From Eledone cirrhosa (Eukaryota): a DNA stretch of 64,000 nucleotides. Shown here one piece after another: positions 49,331-62,194 of this stretch (position 1 is its first letter; each line of letters opens with the position of its first letter). The stretch covers positions 252,712,001 through 252,776,000 of the forward strand of contig OZ024740.1 in NCBI GenBank assembly GCA_964016885.1. The letters run 5' to 3'. The notes under the pieces were generated by a model that ran no database searches, was not told the origin of the DNA, and worked only from the letters and a program-made list of their open reading frames with translations. The position numbers and the translations under genes were made by a program.

Positions 49331-49942
49331 GAACCAATGTTAATTAGTGTCAATGCACTGAAGTTTAAGAAGATTAAAAATATACAGCTGCTCATGAGTA
49401 TCAAGGCTATTGACTGTCCTACCTAGACGCAAGGTCAACTTTAGTAAATTTCTCTAAAGTCAAGTCCAGAAAGATTTGGACGTAAAAACTAAACCATAAT
49501 GAGCGGTTTAGTCCAGTACTAATCGTTTCAGTCAATTGACCATTTATGATATGTATTTCTATTGAGTCATTATTATATTCACCATGCATGTAAAAGGATG
49601 ATGATGATGCATGTATGAGCATACACACACATGTACATACATATATATTTATATTATAGTAAATGTACACAAATGGGCCACAGGTACATTTGCTTACATA
49701 TGTTCTTGTACACCACAGAGTGTACTGGGTGTGTTTTATTGTGGCACTGGCACTAGGGTGGTTGTCATGTCCTCAACACAACTGAAGAGTACTCTAAACC
49801 CTTTGTTTGTGATGGTTTCCACAGCTGAATGTCCTTCCTACCACCAGCCACTTTAAAGAGTATACCATGTGAATTTTATCATGGAACAAACACCAGAGAA
49901 GTTGTCTGTTCTCAATACAACCATGTTTTTGGTATGCTCTCA

Positions 49943-50027
<85 letters not shown>

Positions 50028-50164
50028 TGTTGCACTAACTCCTGCATGTCTAGTGGGGAGGGGAAGCAATATATATATAGAGAGAGACACACATATAAAT
50101 ATCACTGCTTTAATCTATATCCAAAGCTGAAAAAATTAAATAGGTAATCTGATTGATAGTCTGC

Positions 50165-50322
50165 ACACCATCACCAATACTACCACCATCACTACTGCTG
50201 CCACTATCACCACCAACACCATTACCATCATCATCACCACCAACACCATTACCATCATCATCACCACCAACACCATTACCATCATCATCACCACTGCTAC
50301 CACCACCACCATCATCATCATC
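50165..50322. repeat. (CAC/CAT)n trinucleotide-derived repeat with 24-bp period
   Basis: CACCACCAACACCATTACCATCATCAT-like units repeated three times. Confidence 0.85.
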
Positions 50323-51239
50323 AACAATAAAAAGGAGGATCAACTTGATATGTGATAATCCTAAATACTGGAAACCTGATCTAGATCTACATTTTGTAGA
50401 GGAGGGAGGGAGTGATAGGAAGGTAGGCGCAAGGGAGAGTGGGTGTTGGGTGGAGATGGAGAAGGAAGGGGTGCAATAGGGAGGTAGGGTGGAAGCTAGA
50501 GGGGTGGGGAGGGTGGAGGTGACTGATCATTGGCTGAATATATCATGGGCTGGATGTGTCATTACAGACCAAGTCAATACAAAATTGGACCTACTGTCAC
50601 CTTTGATGGATCAGAGAACCAAATATCCCAGAAATAGATTACATTTTGGCATGGTTTCCATCCCTGGATGCACATCCTAACACCAACTACTTTACAGAGT
50701 CTATTGGATGCATTTCATCATTGCACCAGTACTCGGGACATTGTTGTGTCCTCGCTACATTTCTACAGTTGTATGTCTTTCACTGAATTGATGAAATGTA
50801 AAGCTTATCTTACCAGCACTTGAACCAGAAGAAATACTGACACAATCTACCAATTTCGTTTTAATTATGTAGTTCTGGCACCATGATAAAATGCACCCAG
50901 TACACTCTGCAAAGTGGTTGGTGTTACAATGGTGATTAAGTCATAGAAAAAATGTTAGAATATGGAATGTATGAGCAAGATAGGGTTCTTGACCTGTTCA
51001 CTCTCAGACCACAATAATCTGTCTACTCTCAGACCACAATGATCTGTCCATTCTTGGACTGTGGTGAGCTGTCTAGTCGCAGACTGTCGTGATCCATCAG
51101 TCTTCAACTGTTATGACCCATGCAACCCATACTAGCATGGAAAATGGACATATGGTGATGATGACAATTAATGTAACTCAAGCTAGTCTACAACAAAACT
51201 TTAAGAAGAAAATCATTTACTGTATAAATATAAACTTAC

Positions 51240-51963
51240 CTTAATCCTTCAAATCCTTTGACACAGATACAAAGATAGGAATTAACTGAATCATTACACG
51301 TGGCACCATTCATGCATGGATCATTGTCACATTCATTGATATCTGTTTCACAGAATTCCCCAGTGTAACCGGCTAAGCAATTACATTGGTATTTATTCCA
51401 AATATCTTCACAAGTGGCTTGGTTTAAACATTTATTACTGGGGCAGACATTCTTGCTCAGACATCCCAACTTTATGTTAACCTCCTGCAGTAGTTGGTAC
51501 TGTTGTGAATGGCTGCTATTACTGGTATCAGATAAAAGTGGAAGATAATCACCATTAATACTCAGATTTTTCATGCATCCAACAAACTCCTCACCAACAG
51601 TGAAGTTATTTGTTGAGAATAAAGTTGTAAAGTTTATGCTGGAGTTTGAAATAGAGACATGTTTGACATCATCTAACATAATCCAGGCATTAGTCTCATT
51701 CCATGTAAGCAGAATTATGTGCCAGACACCATCGGTAACATTTTTAGATATACTGCCAACCATGTTTCCAGCATTTACTTGTAGATTCTTATTATACAAA
51801 TACACAGAAAAGTTTGAACCTGTAGCTGTATCAGTTGTAGAAAATATGTAGCCTTGCTCTTCCCTTGTTCGGAAATATATCGTGAAATTCTCAACGTTAT
51901 TTATGTGAGGGTTTGGTTTGTAGAGGATGCTTGAAGTGAGGTTAAATGTCACTGAGATGTAAC
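51240..51963 (-). CDS. crb: crumbs-like gene, internal exon (laminin G domain + two EGF repeats)
   Basis: ttttag|GT TAC ATC...TTA AG|gtaagt; FTIYFRTREEQGYIF..VTDGVWHII..FVGCMKNLSING..GC; CPSNKCLNQATCEDIWNKYQCNCLAGYTGEFCE; cbEGF DINECDNDPCMNGATCNDSVNSYLCIC. Confidence 0.92.
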
Positions 51964-52026
51964 CTAAAACAACAACAAAAACAGGCAGCATTGAGAAATT
52001 ATTTCAGTTTTATTTAACAAATGTTA

Positions 52027-52573
52027 ATACTGGTGCCACAACAAAAACACCCAGTTCACCCTGTAAGGTGGTAGGTAATACTGGTGCCATAACAAAAACA
52101 CTCAGTTCACCCTGTAAAGTGGTAGTGCTTGGTGCCATAACAAAAACACCCAGTCAACCCTGTAAGGTGGTAGGTAGTACTGGTGTCATTACAAAAGCAC
52201 CCAGTTCACACTGTAAGGCGGTAGTGCTGATGCCATAACAAAAATACACAGTTCACCCTGTTAAGGTACTGGTGCCAAGACAGAAGCACGCAGTTCACCC
52301 TGTATGTTGTTAGTGCTGGTGGTCACAACAAAAGTACCCAGTCCACCCTGTAAGGTGATAGTGCTAGTGTCACAACAAAAGCACGCAGTTCACCATCTAA
52401 GATGGTAGGTAGTACGATGCCCCAACAAAAACATGCAGTTCACCCTGTAAGGTGGTAGTGCTGGTGCAACAACAAAAAACATTCAGTCCACCCTGTAAAG
52501 TGTTAGTACTAGTGCCACAACTAAAGCACCCAGTTCACCTTTACAGGATGAACTGGATGCTTTTGATGTGACA
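52027..52573 (+). repeat. Minisatellite of ~11 x 42-51 bp derived from the RTE/SINE 3'-UTR motif, ending in a fold-back
   Basis: Unit TGGTGCCACAACAAAAACACCCAGTTCACCCTGTAAGGTGGTAG(GTAG)TAC; compare the LINE 3' UTR GGTGTCACGACAAAAAAACACACAGTCCACGCTGTAATGTGG (~6430-6470). Confidence 0.9.
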
Positions 52574-53674
52574 TAGGGGGATTCATCGTGACACAATGTG
52601 TCATGAGTTAAAAGCACAACTCAGTTTTTCCAGCTGAGTGGACTGAAGCAACGTAAAATTGAACTCATGGCCTTATGATTGTGAGCCAAACCACCAAACC
52701 ATGCACCTTCACATAGGGTTTGAGAGGACCCTTTGGTCTGGATGAGCATATGATAACCTCTTAAGTGTTGGTGCCATGATACAATGCACCCAATACACTC
52801 AGTAAAGTGTTAGTGTTGTGTGTAAATAGTACAGCAATTCAAGAAATTATTAGTTTAGAATAAAAAATTTTAAAAGAATAAAAATAATTATGTGAAGAGG
52901 AAAAATAAACAAAAAACAAAGTCACAAATACTTCTTTCAGCATGTACAGAAGACAACCCCAACCCCACTCGATTCTACAATATAAAACTGTTTACTTTAA
53001 AGTGTTTGTATTTATTTTGAAACCTCCCATCATAATTTTACCTTGTTAAGTTAGGTTCCATTCACCTGTTTCATCCTGAGAAAGTTAACTATATTACTAA
53101 ATCCCACCAAATTCTTGATTATTTTCAAAATTATTCGAAAATCATAGATACAGCCATGTCTTGAATTAGAAATATGGTAGTGAAAGGATTAAATAAATAT
53201 CAAACCCAAGATATCAAAATTATCAGAAAGTTCCATATCAAAGCAGCTGTCTTTATCAATAGAATGAGACCAATCATTAACAGCAGATGTGAGCTGCATG
53301 AAACCAATTGGCTATTGTAAGCTACACCGGTCAACATATATTACTACTCTTCCTCAACATAGTCCTTTTCATCACATTCCATTTCTTTTCAAAATATCAT
53401 GAAATATAGGGAAAAGTATAAACCATTGTTTATAAACTTTGCTCTAGTTTTCACTTCTATTTTGAATTAAGGAGGCTTTCGCAAACAATCCCAACTACAT
53501 ACCCTACAATACTTTGTAGAAAATACAACCACATATCCTTTATATAAACAAATATAAATAGAAAAATGGTGTATATGAAACCATATACATTAACAGATCA
53601 TATATGCTTTCATATACAACCCTATGCTATGTTAGGGTCACTTCTAAATAAAAAAAATGTAAAACTGAACCTAC

Positions 53675-53787
53675 ATTCATATCCATCTTCAGTATTTCCA
53701 CATTTGGCACTATCAGAACAGTTTATATAGTAACAGAAGTCTACATCAGTGCAGTTTCTACCAGTGAAGCCAGCAGTGCAATTGCAC
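53675..53787 (-). CDS. crb: crumbs-like gene, internal exon (EGF end + EGF-like repeat); not in the ORF track
   Basis: ttttttacag|G TGC AAT...GAA T|gtaggt; (L)CNCTAGFTGRNCTDVDFCYYINCSDSAKCGNTEDGYE(C); phases 2 and 1 match both neighbouring exons. Confidence 0.88.
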
Positions 53788-53837
53788 CTGTAAAAAACAA
53801 AGAAAGAACAAAAAAAATATATATATATATATATATT

Positions 53838-54070
53838 TATATGTAATATACGTGAACAGCAAAGAATAAATGAACTAAGGGAGAAATTAGGAATAAGAGG
53901 AATCAGATGTTGTTTACTCGAGAGAAGACTACGTTGGTATGGTCACGTGATGCTCATGAAAGACGACAGCTGTACAAAAAAGTGCAGGGCGATAAAAATA
54001 GACGGTAGCCACGGAGTAGGACGACACAGAAAAACCTTGGACGACTTGATAAATTCCGACCTCACACACT
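53838..54070 (+). mobile_element. RTE LINE 3' coding fragment (copy 1-3 subfamily)
   Basis: Matches 5975-6200: LERRLRWYGHV..CRAIKIDGSHGVGR. Confidence 0.85.
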
Positions 54071-54169
54071 CAGTCAAATACTGGAATAAATTTAACCCTT
54101 TTAATACCAAACCACCTGAAACCTTCCCCGATTATTCATTGCAAAACAGTTTGTTTTAAAATCCTCATT

Positions 54170-55290
54170 ATCATTTTTATGTTTGCTTTTTCACACTCGC
54201 ATGGGTTGGACGGGTCCTTTTCTACAGACATCTCTCCACTTGCCATGTTCCTTTGTCATCTTCTCTGTGAGTTGCAGTAATTGGAGATTAGTTCTCACCA
54301 CCCCTGTAAGTTTTCTTGGTCTACCACCCCTCTCACCCAGTCATTTTCAACCTTCCTCAATACATGTTCCAACTGTTTCATTCCATTCATCTTCACTTTC
54401 TCTCTTACAATGCTAATGCCACGACAAAAAAAGTACTTAGTCCACCCTGTATGGCAATCTGGTACCACAACTAAGGCAACCAGTCCACCCTGTAAGGTGG
54501 TTATACTGGTAACATAACAAGAGGCACGCAATCCCTTATGCAAGGTGATTGTATTGGTGACAAAACAAGAGGCTCGCAGTTCAATCTATTAGATGGTTGT
54601 TTTGGTGCCATGATAAAAAGCATCCAATTCACACTAATGTGGTTGGTGTTAGGAAGGGCTTCCAGCCATAAAAAAAACAAGCCAAAATGAGCAAGATGTG
54701 GTCACCTAACTTGATCCACAACATGACAACTTGTTTATCCTATGCATCCTTTTCACCTTTCCTCAACACATGACCCAACCATCTCATGCCATTTCTCTTT
54801 ACAACCTTCATCACTGGCTCAATTTCCATCACTCCTCACACCCAGTCACTTTCATTCTTCCTCAACACATGATCCAACCATCATAATCCATTTCTCTTCA
54901 CAACATTCATCATTGGCTCTAGACCTCTAACCCAATCACTTTCATCCTTCCTTAACACACGACCCAATCATCACATATAATTTCTCTTCACAACATTCAT
55001 CACTGGCTCTATTCCCATGATTTTCTTCATTGTCTTCCTTTCTCTCTTAGTGATACTCCATTCATCTGCTGGCCCATTCTAATTTCCAGCCTTTCCAGTT
55101 GTCTCTGCTGTTTCACGTTAATCACCCATGTCTCTCACTCCCATAAATCTTGGCATTTCTCACATATGTAACATGCACCTTTCCCTTCAGTTTCAGCAAC
55201 ACCCTCTTTCTCATTAGTATATCTCTCTTCCTAGAACTTGTTCCATACACATGTCACTCTACTATTGCAAAACTTGACCTGCCTTCTTTA
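54170..55290. repeat. Mosaic of RTE 3' fragments: minus-strand tail, a second short array of the 3'-UTR motif (~54415-54660), and a triplicated RWLGHVLR-coding segment (~54745-55020)
   Basis: CCTCAACACATGACCCAACCATC repeated three times (reverse complement encodes RWLGHVLR); ACAAAA..CAGTCCACCCTGTA units. Confidence 0.65.
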
Positions 55291-55319
55291 TTGAACAAAA
55301 ATACAAAATTTATACTTAC

Positions 55320-55989
55320 AAATAATCTTCAAACTCCTTATATTCACATGTGGAATTATTGCCACATTGTTTAACTACTTTACATGGGTCATTCGTAAGA
55401 GCCCCTGACTGAACATTTGTGGCAATGGTTGGCACCAGAGCATTGGGCAACCTCACAACATTACTACTGTTATCATTAAAGAGGACCGAAAAATTATTTA
55501 ATATCATATCGTGTAAAATTCCCTTGAAGTTCTCATCAAGTTGTGTATTCCTGCGCTTTCGACTACTTGGCTCTTCAGGTTTCTTGCCTACAGTCAACGT
55601 ACTCACATTCAGCATACAGAGTTCATTAAAAGAGTATGTTATATTAAAGGAGTCAATGTTTAAGGTGAAGGTTTCAAGAGATACCTTGACTGCTAAAAAA
55701 TGTTTTTTGCCATCATTATATTTAGTTGGGGTTTCGTATCTGGAGTCGTTACAGCGTTTTAACTCTGTGAAAACACTACCGCCCTTTAGCTTCAGACTGA
55801 AGAAAGATCTGGAAGCAACATTTACTGTTGGATCTGATTCACCGAAGTACACAATCTGACTGTCACCATAGCGAGTGATGAAGTAAAAGGACAAGTCAAG
55901 GTTAGTTTGTAATTGATTCTGGATTACTGTTAAGTTGTATTCAGAAAAACTTAAGATGTCGTTGAAAGCAAAGGTTCCAGCTGTAGATT
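55320..55989 (-). CDS. crb: crumbs-like gene, internal exon (laminin G domain + start of EGF)
   Basis: ttttgcag|AA TCT ACA GCT GGA ACC TTT...TAT TT|gtaagt; STAGTFAFN..LSFYFITRYGDSQIVYFG..YNDGKKHFLAV..FKGILHDMILN..DPCKVVKQCGNNSTCEYKEFEDY. Confidence 0.88.
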
Positions 55990-56799
55990 CTGCAAAATAA
56001 TAGAATTAGTAGTGTATAGATTATAAATATATCATCATCATATATCCAGTAGGATAATACATATTGTGTATTGCTAAGTATACTTATTTAATTTCTGAAT
56101 GTAACATTTTATAAAATATCTGTCTCTCTCATGAAAAGATTCAGGACCCCGATGGCTGCAACTTGATTTCAAGTAATGCCATTGCTTGATACTTAACCAT
56201 GAGCATCACGGCTGTGGCTTTTTAGCCCTGCTAGGGACTTGCCTATGGCCAGCGATACCATGCATCACGCAATGCCTGTGTTTGAACCTTTTTTAAGTGA
56301 CGAAAGGCTTTGCACAGGGTCAATACCACTCTCTGAACCCCAAATGCATTTGCCCAAAAAGAAGAACTGGTCTACATCATTAGATGCAAATGAAGTCGTA
56401 GGTTTTACATCAGAGTGACCTTCTACAGAAATGTCTTAATGAAGATTAGGAGTCTCTCACTCCAAAATAAAAAAATAAAAAATTTATTGCATGGCCGTCG
56501 ACTGAGTTCCTTTGCCTTTTGACGGGTTTTGTCTTTTTTATCCCGCAGGGTGTACAAAATCACCAACCTCACCAAGCTTGCTGGTTTAGTCGCAAACGAA
56601 CTGATCATGCACAGGTTGTGATGTGTTACATTTTACCAGTAGCACTGAAGAGTGACCTGACAATATACATATATACACTATATATATTATTGTATATATA
56701 TATATACACATATATATGAGGAAATAGATATATATATATGTATACACACACATATTTATATACATATATATACATATGTATGTATGAAATATATGAAAT

Positions 56800-59780
56800 A
56801 TAAGAATCAAAGAACTGTTCAAAACATTTTAATGCTTACAACTGTTTCCTCCAAACCGAGGTTTGGATTCTTCGGAGCAATTTATTAATGAATGAACACT
56901 TATATGACCTCCTTTTCACCCAAGAGACATACAGATACATATGCAAATATTGTGGGTCAACATTCATTACAGCATTTAGAGTGGCAGTACACACTTAGAG
57001 ATTACATTCATATTAAAAGATACAATCAAAAATACAGGTTAAAATACAACATGAAAATAAGCGGTTATATAGTGCAAAGGTTATATGTGTGGCAAGCACG
57101 TGCGTCTTGTTTATATAGTGTGGCAGAGAGTTACGTGTAGTAGAAGCACTTAAGTAGGTAAACAAGAGTGTTAGGTTGGTTGATCTGGTGACAAATTCTT
57201 TATATGATTGTTATAGTCTGTGTGTGGAGAAATAATATAAGCATTAAAAATAGTGCAAGCATTAAAAATATTGGAAATGCGAAGGGATGATATGGAGTTC
57301 TTGTACTTCAACATTTTCATAGTCTGGGGAGTGTATTTTTCAGATTATATGCCCCTCACATAATCTACGACGATTCGATATTGAGCGTTTGACAATCCAG
57401 TTAGAGAATCGTAGTCTGATGTTCTTTAGTTCAATACAGGAGGATGTTACGTTTCGAGAATCGACATCGAAATACTACCCGGAAGTGTGTGTGTGGTTAA
57501 GGGGAGTTAATGCATGAGGGGAGGTAACTCCGAGGTTTCTATTACTAACTATTGAAATGTGTCTCAAAATAGACCCTAGCTTCTATGGTTATGCGCAATT
57601 TCTAAAAAATTTCTAAAATTTAAAGTGTTTTAACTATAGAGTAGTCTATTAAGTTGTGCTGAAGTTGTTCGTATTATTATGGTGATTAACCCCCATCGTA
57701 GAGTGCCACAAATGAATATTATAGACGACGAGCGAGGATTCTAAATTAATGATCTCTGTGGTTGTAGTCTACTCAAAGGACCAAGCGCGGTGATTGCAGA
57801 ATCACTTCAACACACAATGATCTCTGGTAAGTTCTGGGTCATCGCTTGCTACATTGGATGTCGAAGGATAATCATCAGAGGTCAATCCGCAGTCCTCATG
57901 ACCCCAATCTGACCATCAAATCATCCATATATGTACAACCCATACACCACTTGCAATACATTCATTCCCAGCACTCAGCGTACCGGTCATACTGCTCATC
58001 AGCGTTACTAGATTAATTCGTTTTTCATCTGTCCAACGATGGCACTTCATCCGCACAACACTAACAAGACAATCAATTCATGCTTAAATTACCTATAGAG
58101 CGGTGTAGTGCAGTTCAAGTGGGTGGATGTTGTCACACCTAAAGTAGAGGTACAAATGGGTAATCGCCCTGCGAAGGGTTCTAGAGGGATGTCGCTGTTT
58201 GTGTTATATTAGATCAGTTAGTGTTGGGTATGTAGTATAAGGTGTGCCCCTGGTGTTTGATGCTAGAGGTGGTGTTTGGTTCAAGTCCGACATTGCTATA
58301 TATTGGGCTTAAAGTTTTGGAAGGAATGTCTGAAGCGGTGCTGGCAAGTTGCAAACACTTCAGATTTTTTGTTAAGTAGGTTCCGGTTAGAGAAGATAAT
58401 ATTGTGGGTCTCTAGTATACAGAGGTTACAAAATTTATTAGGTGGTTTGTACGAAGTCGCGCTACCTATCACTTCCCATTTGAGTGTGTAAGGTTTATTT
58501 TTAGTCTTTAGATAGTGTATGTAGCTAGATAGTGAGGTGGAGTTGGCTAGACTGTGCTTTTTGAACGAGTGGATGTGCGAATTATATCTGATTTTGAAGC
58601 AGTTAGAAGTGGAGCCTACATAGGTTTCTGAAGAGTTGCTAGTTGTGACGCTGCATGAGTATATGATATCCTTGGTTAGGCATTTTTTATCTAAAGGGCA
58701 AGTCCTATTAGCTCTACAGTTACAATTATCCTGTGTGTTAGTTTGCTGGTTATAATGCAGTGCAGAAGTCTGGGTGGTAGCTATAGGATTTTGGACATTC
58801 GGGTTGTCGACCCCGGTGTTATTTCTTATACTAGTGTTATTTCTATTGTTACTGCCGTTACTATGGTCTCTTGCTACAGGGGTATTTAGAAGGTTTACCT
58901 CCTGTTGTGATTTCGTTTGTTGGAAGTAAGAATTAATTTTACTTTTATTGCTGCTAGCTATGTGGTATGCTAAGTTAGGCGTCGTAGAGTATGAGATTTT
59001 AATAGTGTTTTTGTTTAAAAGGTCTTGTACTTGTGTCCTAGAGGGAAGTTTTTATCTAGTAATGAGAAGAAAGCCCTAGGTATGTTGGTGGAAACATTTA
59101 GGTTGAAAGGAGGGTTGAAAAATGTATTATTTCTTCTATTTTTGTTTTTAGTGTCTGGTGTGTTGTTTCTTCCTAAGGCACTACGGTAGTTTTCATGGTA
59201 ATGGTTACTTCCTGTGGCACCCTCCGCTTTGGTGTACTTGTGGTTGCTATTCCTATTATTAGGTTTCCTCATGGACATGTTGTGCGAGATGATGTTGTAG
59301 CTATGTGTTTTCTTAGGTAGGAACTCAATTTCTATATTATGGCCGGATCTAGCTAATGCTTGATTGTAATATTGTGAGTTTTTGCTAAATATGTTTGCGT
59401 CATAGGATAGACTAGAGATTCTATTGGACACCCCCTTAGAGATAGAGTTTAATATTGATCTAGGGTGATTAGACTTGGTATCTACGTAAATGAGTTTTTC
59501 GTTAGGCTTATGGAAAGGTGTATATATTTTTGAGTCTAGGTATAGTGTGGCGTCTAGGAAGTTAACATTTTTAGTGTTTTTGTCCATGGTGATACTAAGG
59601 TTAAAGTTTTTGAATGTCTTATGCAATTGTTTTCTAGTTCTTTCTATATTAAATTTTTTATATTCTATAAGTAGAAGTGCATCATCGCGGTACAAACCAC
59701 CGTTGAGGTAAGGGAGGTCCTTATGGATTTCATTAAGAAGGTATAGGCCGACCAAATCAGTGACCTGCGCCGAGTCACTA
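56800..59780 (-). mobile_element. Second Naiad-type Penelope-like element, 5'-truncated, with long 3' region
   Basis: SDSAQVTDLVG, GGLYRDDAL, NFLDATL, SNHP, FFNPPFN; after a frameshift near 59015: CNCRANRTCPLDKKC, IIYSC/YVGST, CNLCILE, LLNKKSE..CQH, stop at ~58296. Confidence 0.9.
56833..56879 (-). ncRNA. Minimal type I hammerhead ribozyme at the 3' end of the Naiad
   Basis: TGCT-CCGAAGA-A-TCCAAAC(CTCG)GTTTGGA-G-GAAAC(AGTT)GT-A-AGCA: 4-bp stem I, 7-bp stem II, GUA triplet. Confidence 0.65.
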
Positions 59781-59811
59781 ATACTACATATGTATGTATA
59801 TATATGTATAT

Positions 59812-60000
59812 ATAAACAACATGGTGCAGGACAGAACAAAAGAGAGACACAAAATAACAAATCAATCAGAATGTGCAACGAAAGTGCTTTGACATTCTGT
59901 TATTCAACCAACCAACCCGACATTTGTAATAAATTGAAGTGAACCTCAACAGGTGCAAGTGCTTTGATTGACAGCATGACCCTCCCAAAGTACAACATAT
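59812..60000 (+). repeat. Solo decayed pLTR of the PLE family at 1-2170 / 6715-8478
   Basis: ATGGTGCAGGACAGAACAAAAGAGA.., ATGTGCAACGAAAG..TTTGACA (3' half of the hammerhead), AAATTGAAGTGAA..CATGACCCTCCCAA all match 1863-2100. Confidence 0.75.
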
Positions 60001-60049
60001 ATATATATATACACACGCACACACACACACACATATATATATATGTATC

Positions 60050-60460
60050 TATCATCTAGGGTGGATAAAATTCCCGAGATCCATTGACGAATTCTTTCCA
60101 GCGGTCTTTGTCCTTCATGATCACCGCTATGTCCTGCATCAATATATGTAATCTTCGGTCTCCCATTCCAGTGCGTCCTTGTAGGGGCTCGCACAGGACC
60201 ACTGAGTACAGTGTCAGCTCTAAATGTCAGTGAGTATGTCCTGCCCACATTCATAATCTTTGGCTCTTTGATGTTCTCCACCAGATACTTCCTCTTTCAC
60301 TCATTCATTCTCAACCGCACAGTCATCGACACAGTGTCTACCTCTCGCATTAACTCCTCTGCCTCCTTCACTATTTGTCACCAGAGCTATGTTGTCAGCA
60401 AATTCAGCATCTAATATCTTTTTACCCTTAACTCTCTTGCTCTGAGCTGGTACTACAGAT
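60050..60460 (-). mobile_element. Old RTE/RTEX-like LINE 3' fragment
   Basis: GRPKITYID and M.DKDRW-type C-terminal motifs. Confidence 0.55.
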
Positions 60461-61077
60461 ATATATTCAACTAGTCCCTTTGGGTAGATATATATATATA
60501 TGGCAATTCAATACAATACTTTGTAACAGTGATTCAATATGTATAATAATTTTTCGTCTTGTGCCATATTCTTATAAATAATTTGCCTCCTGACGATAAA
60601 GCATCAGTTCTTCCACCATTGGTTATTCCAATGTCTTGAAATTCCAAATACTGTTTCTTTGAGGTTTTTAAACCATGGTTGGGGCATTATGTAAGTCAGA
60701 ATTGGCTTCCTTTAGCCAATTTGACTTATATACTCCTACCACCAACAATACCAAACCGTGATTTGGGCTTAACTGTAATATTCTTAATACTTCTCTGAGT
60801 GGATCATTTGATATATCTTTCCCTTTCAATGAAATGTCTACATATTACAGACAATTACGTTATAAAGTTGTAAAAGCAAAACCTTTTGCTTTTAAGAAAC
60901 CACTGGTAAATGGAATAATTGCCTTATGTTGTTTATTACATAATAATAATAATATATATATATATATAGCTTAATATATATATATATATACATATATATA
61001 CATAAATGTGTGTGTGTATATATATGTGTGTGTGTGTGTATATATATATATGATCATACTATATATATATATATATA

Positions 61078-61978
61078 CAGGGTGCGGACGATATTTGTTC
61101 GCAATTTTCAACTGCTAATTTTATGCAAATTTTTTTTACTTCCGTTGTCACTCTTGTCTTCATAAAAACAGTGACTATATTTCCATTATTTATTTTCAGA
61201 ATAATTGATTATGAATAATTTTGAACATCCAAATTTGTTCTTCTTGGAATCTGCGCCAGGAGGACAAATAAGACCAGAAGATCAACTTCCAGAACAATAG
61301 GTGGCTCGCTGTCTCATCCAAAGATGTGCCCAGAGTCACGCAGACAAAGTTTCCAGTGACAACATTGGTCTTAGGTGTCGTCAACAGTCAAGGTGTCGTC
61401 AACAGTCAAGGTGTCATCAACAGTCATGGTGACGTCAACAGTCAAGGTGACGTCATGCCACCTCACTTCTTCCCTGAGGGCCTCAAGCTGAACACCGATG
61501 GCTACATCCGCGTTCTGAGCGTAGTAAAGCCCTGGATCGACCAGGTAGCTGCAGGTAGGCCGTACGTGTGGCAGCAAGACTCCGCGCCCTGCCATACCAG
61601 CCAAAAGACCCAAGCCTGTCTGTCAGAGAACTTTGTCGACCACACTTCATCTGACATCTGGCCTCCCAGCTCGCCTGACTGCAACGCCCCTCTACATCTT
61701 TGTGTGGGGCGCAGTGGAACGAGACACCAACAGATCTAGCTGCAATACTTAAAGACGTTCTGAAGGCCAGGATCACAAGTCAGAGGACAGTGACGAAGGC
61801 CTGTAGCCGATTCCAAGGCCGCCTTGAGGCCGTCATCAAAGCCAATGGCGGGTTTATCGAGTGAACAAGTCATGAAGACAAATTGACCCAAGTTTGATAA
61901 ATAAATCTTAAAAAATAAAACTACTGTGTTATTTTTTCCTAGACAGTAATCTTGCGAACAAATATCGTCCGCACCCTG
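61078..61978 (+). mobile_element. Internally deleted Tc1/mariner transposon, maT (DD37D)-like
   Basis: Perfect 27-bp TIRs CAGGGTGCGGACGATATTTGTTCGCAA flanked by TA; transposase remnant VWQQDSAPCH...WPPSSPDCN, with spacing consistent with D37D before a frameshift. Confidence 0.92.
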
Positions 61979-62067
61979 TATATATATATATAATCATACT
62001 CTGCTCTATGAGAATATTGAGTGCTCATACGGCCTACCACATACGGGCGCTTTAGGCATCCAACACC

Positions 62068-62120
<53 letters not shown>

Positions 62121-62194
62121 ATATGTGTGTGTATGTTTATATTTTTACGTTTTTATATGCATACTACAATAGAGACAGTTTACTTTGTAGAGTT

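Noticed and set aside
50110-50479. Gly/Asp- or Pro/Ser-rich ORFs
   Set aside because: Products of a trinucleotide-derived repeat.
52027-52560. CRISPR-like regular array
   Set aside because: Units are contiguous diverged tandem repeats without unique spacers; no cas genes; eukaryotic context.
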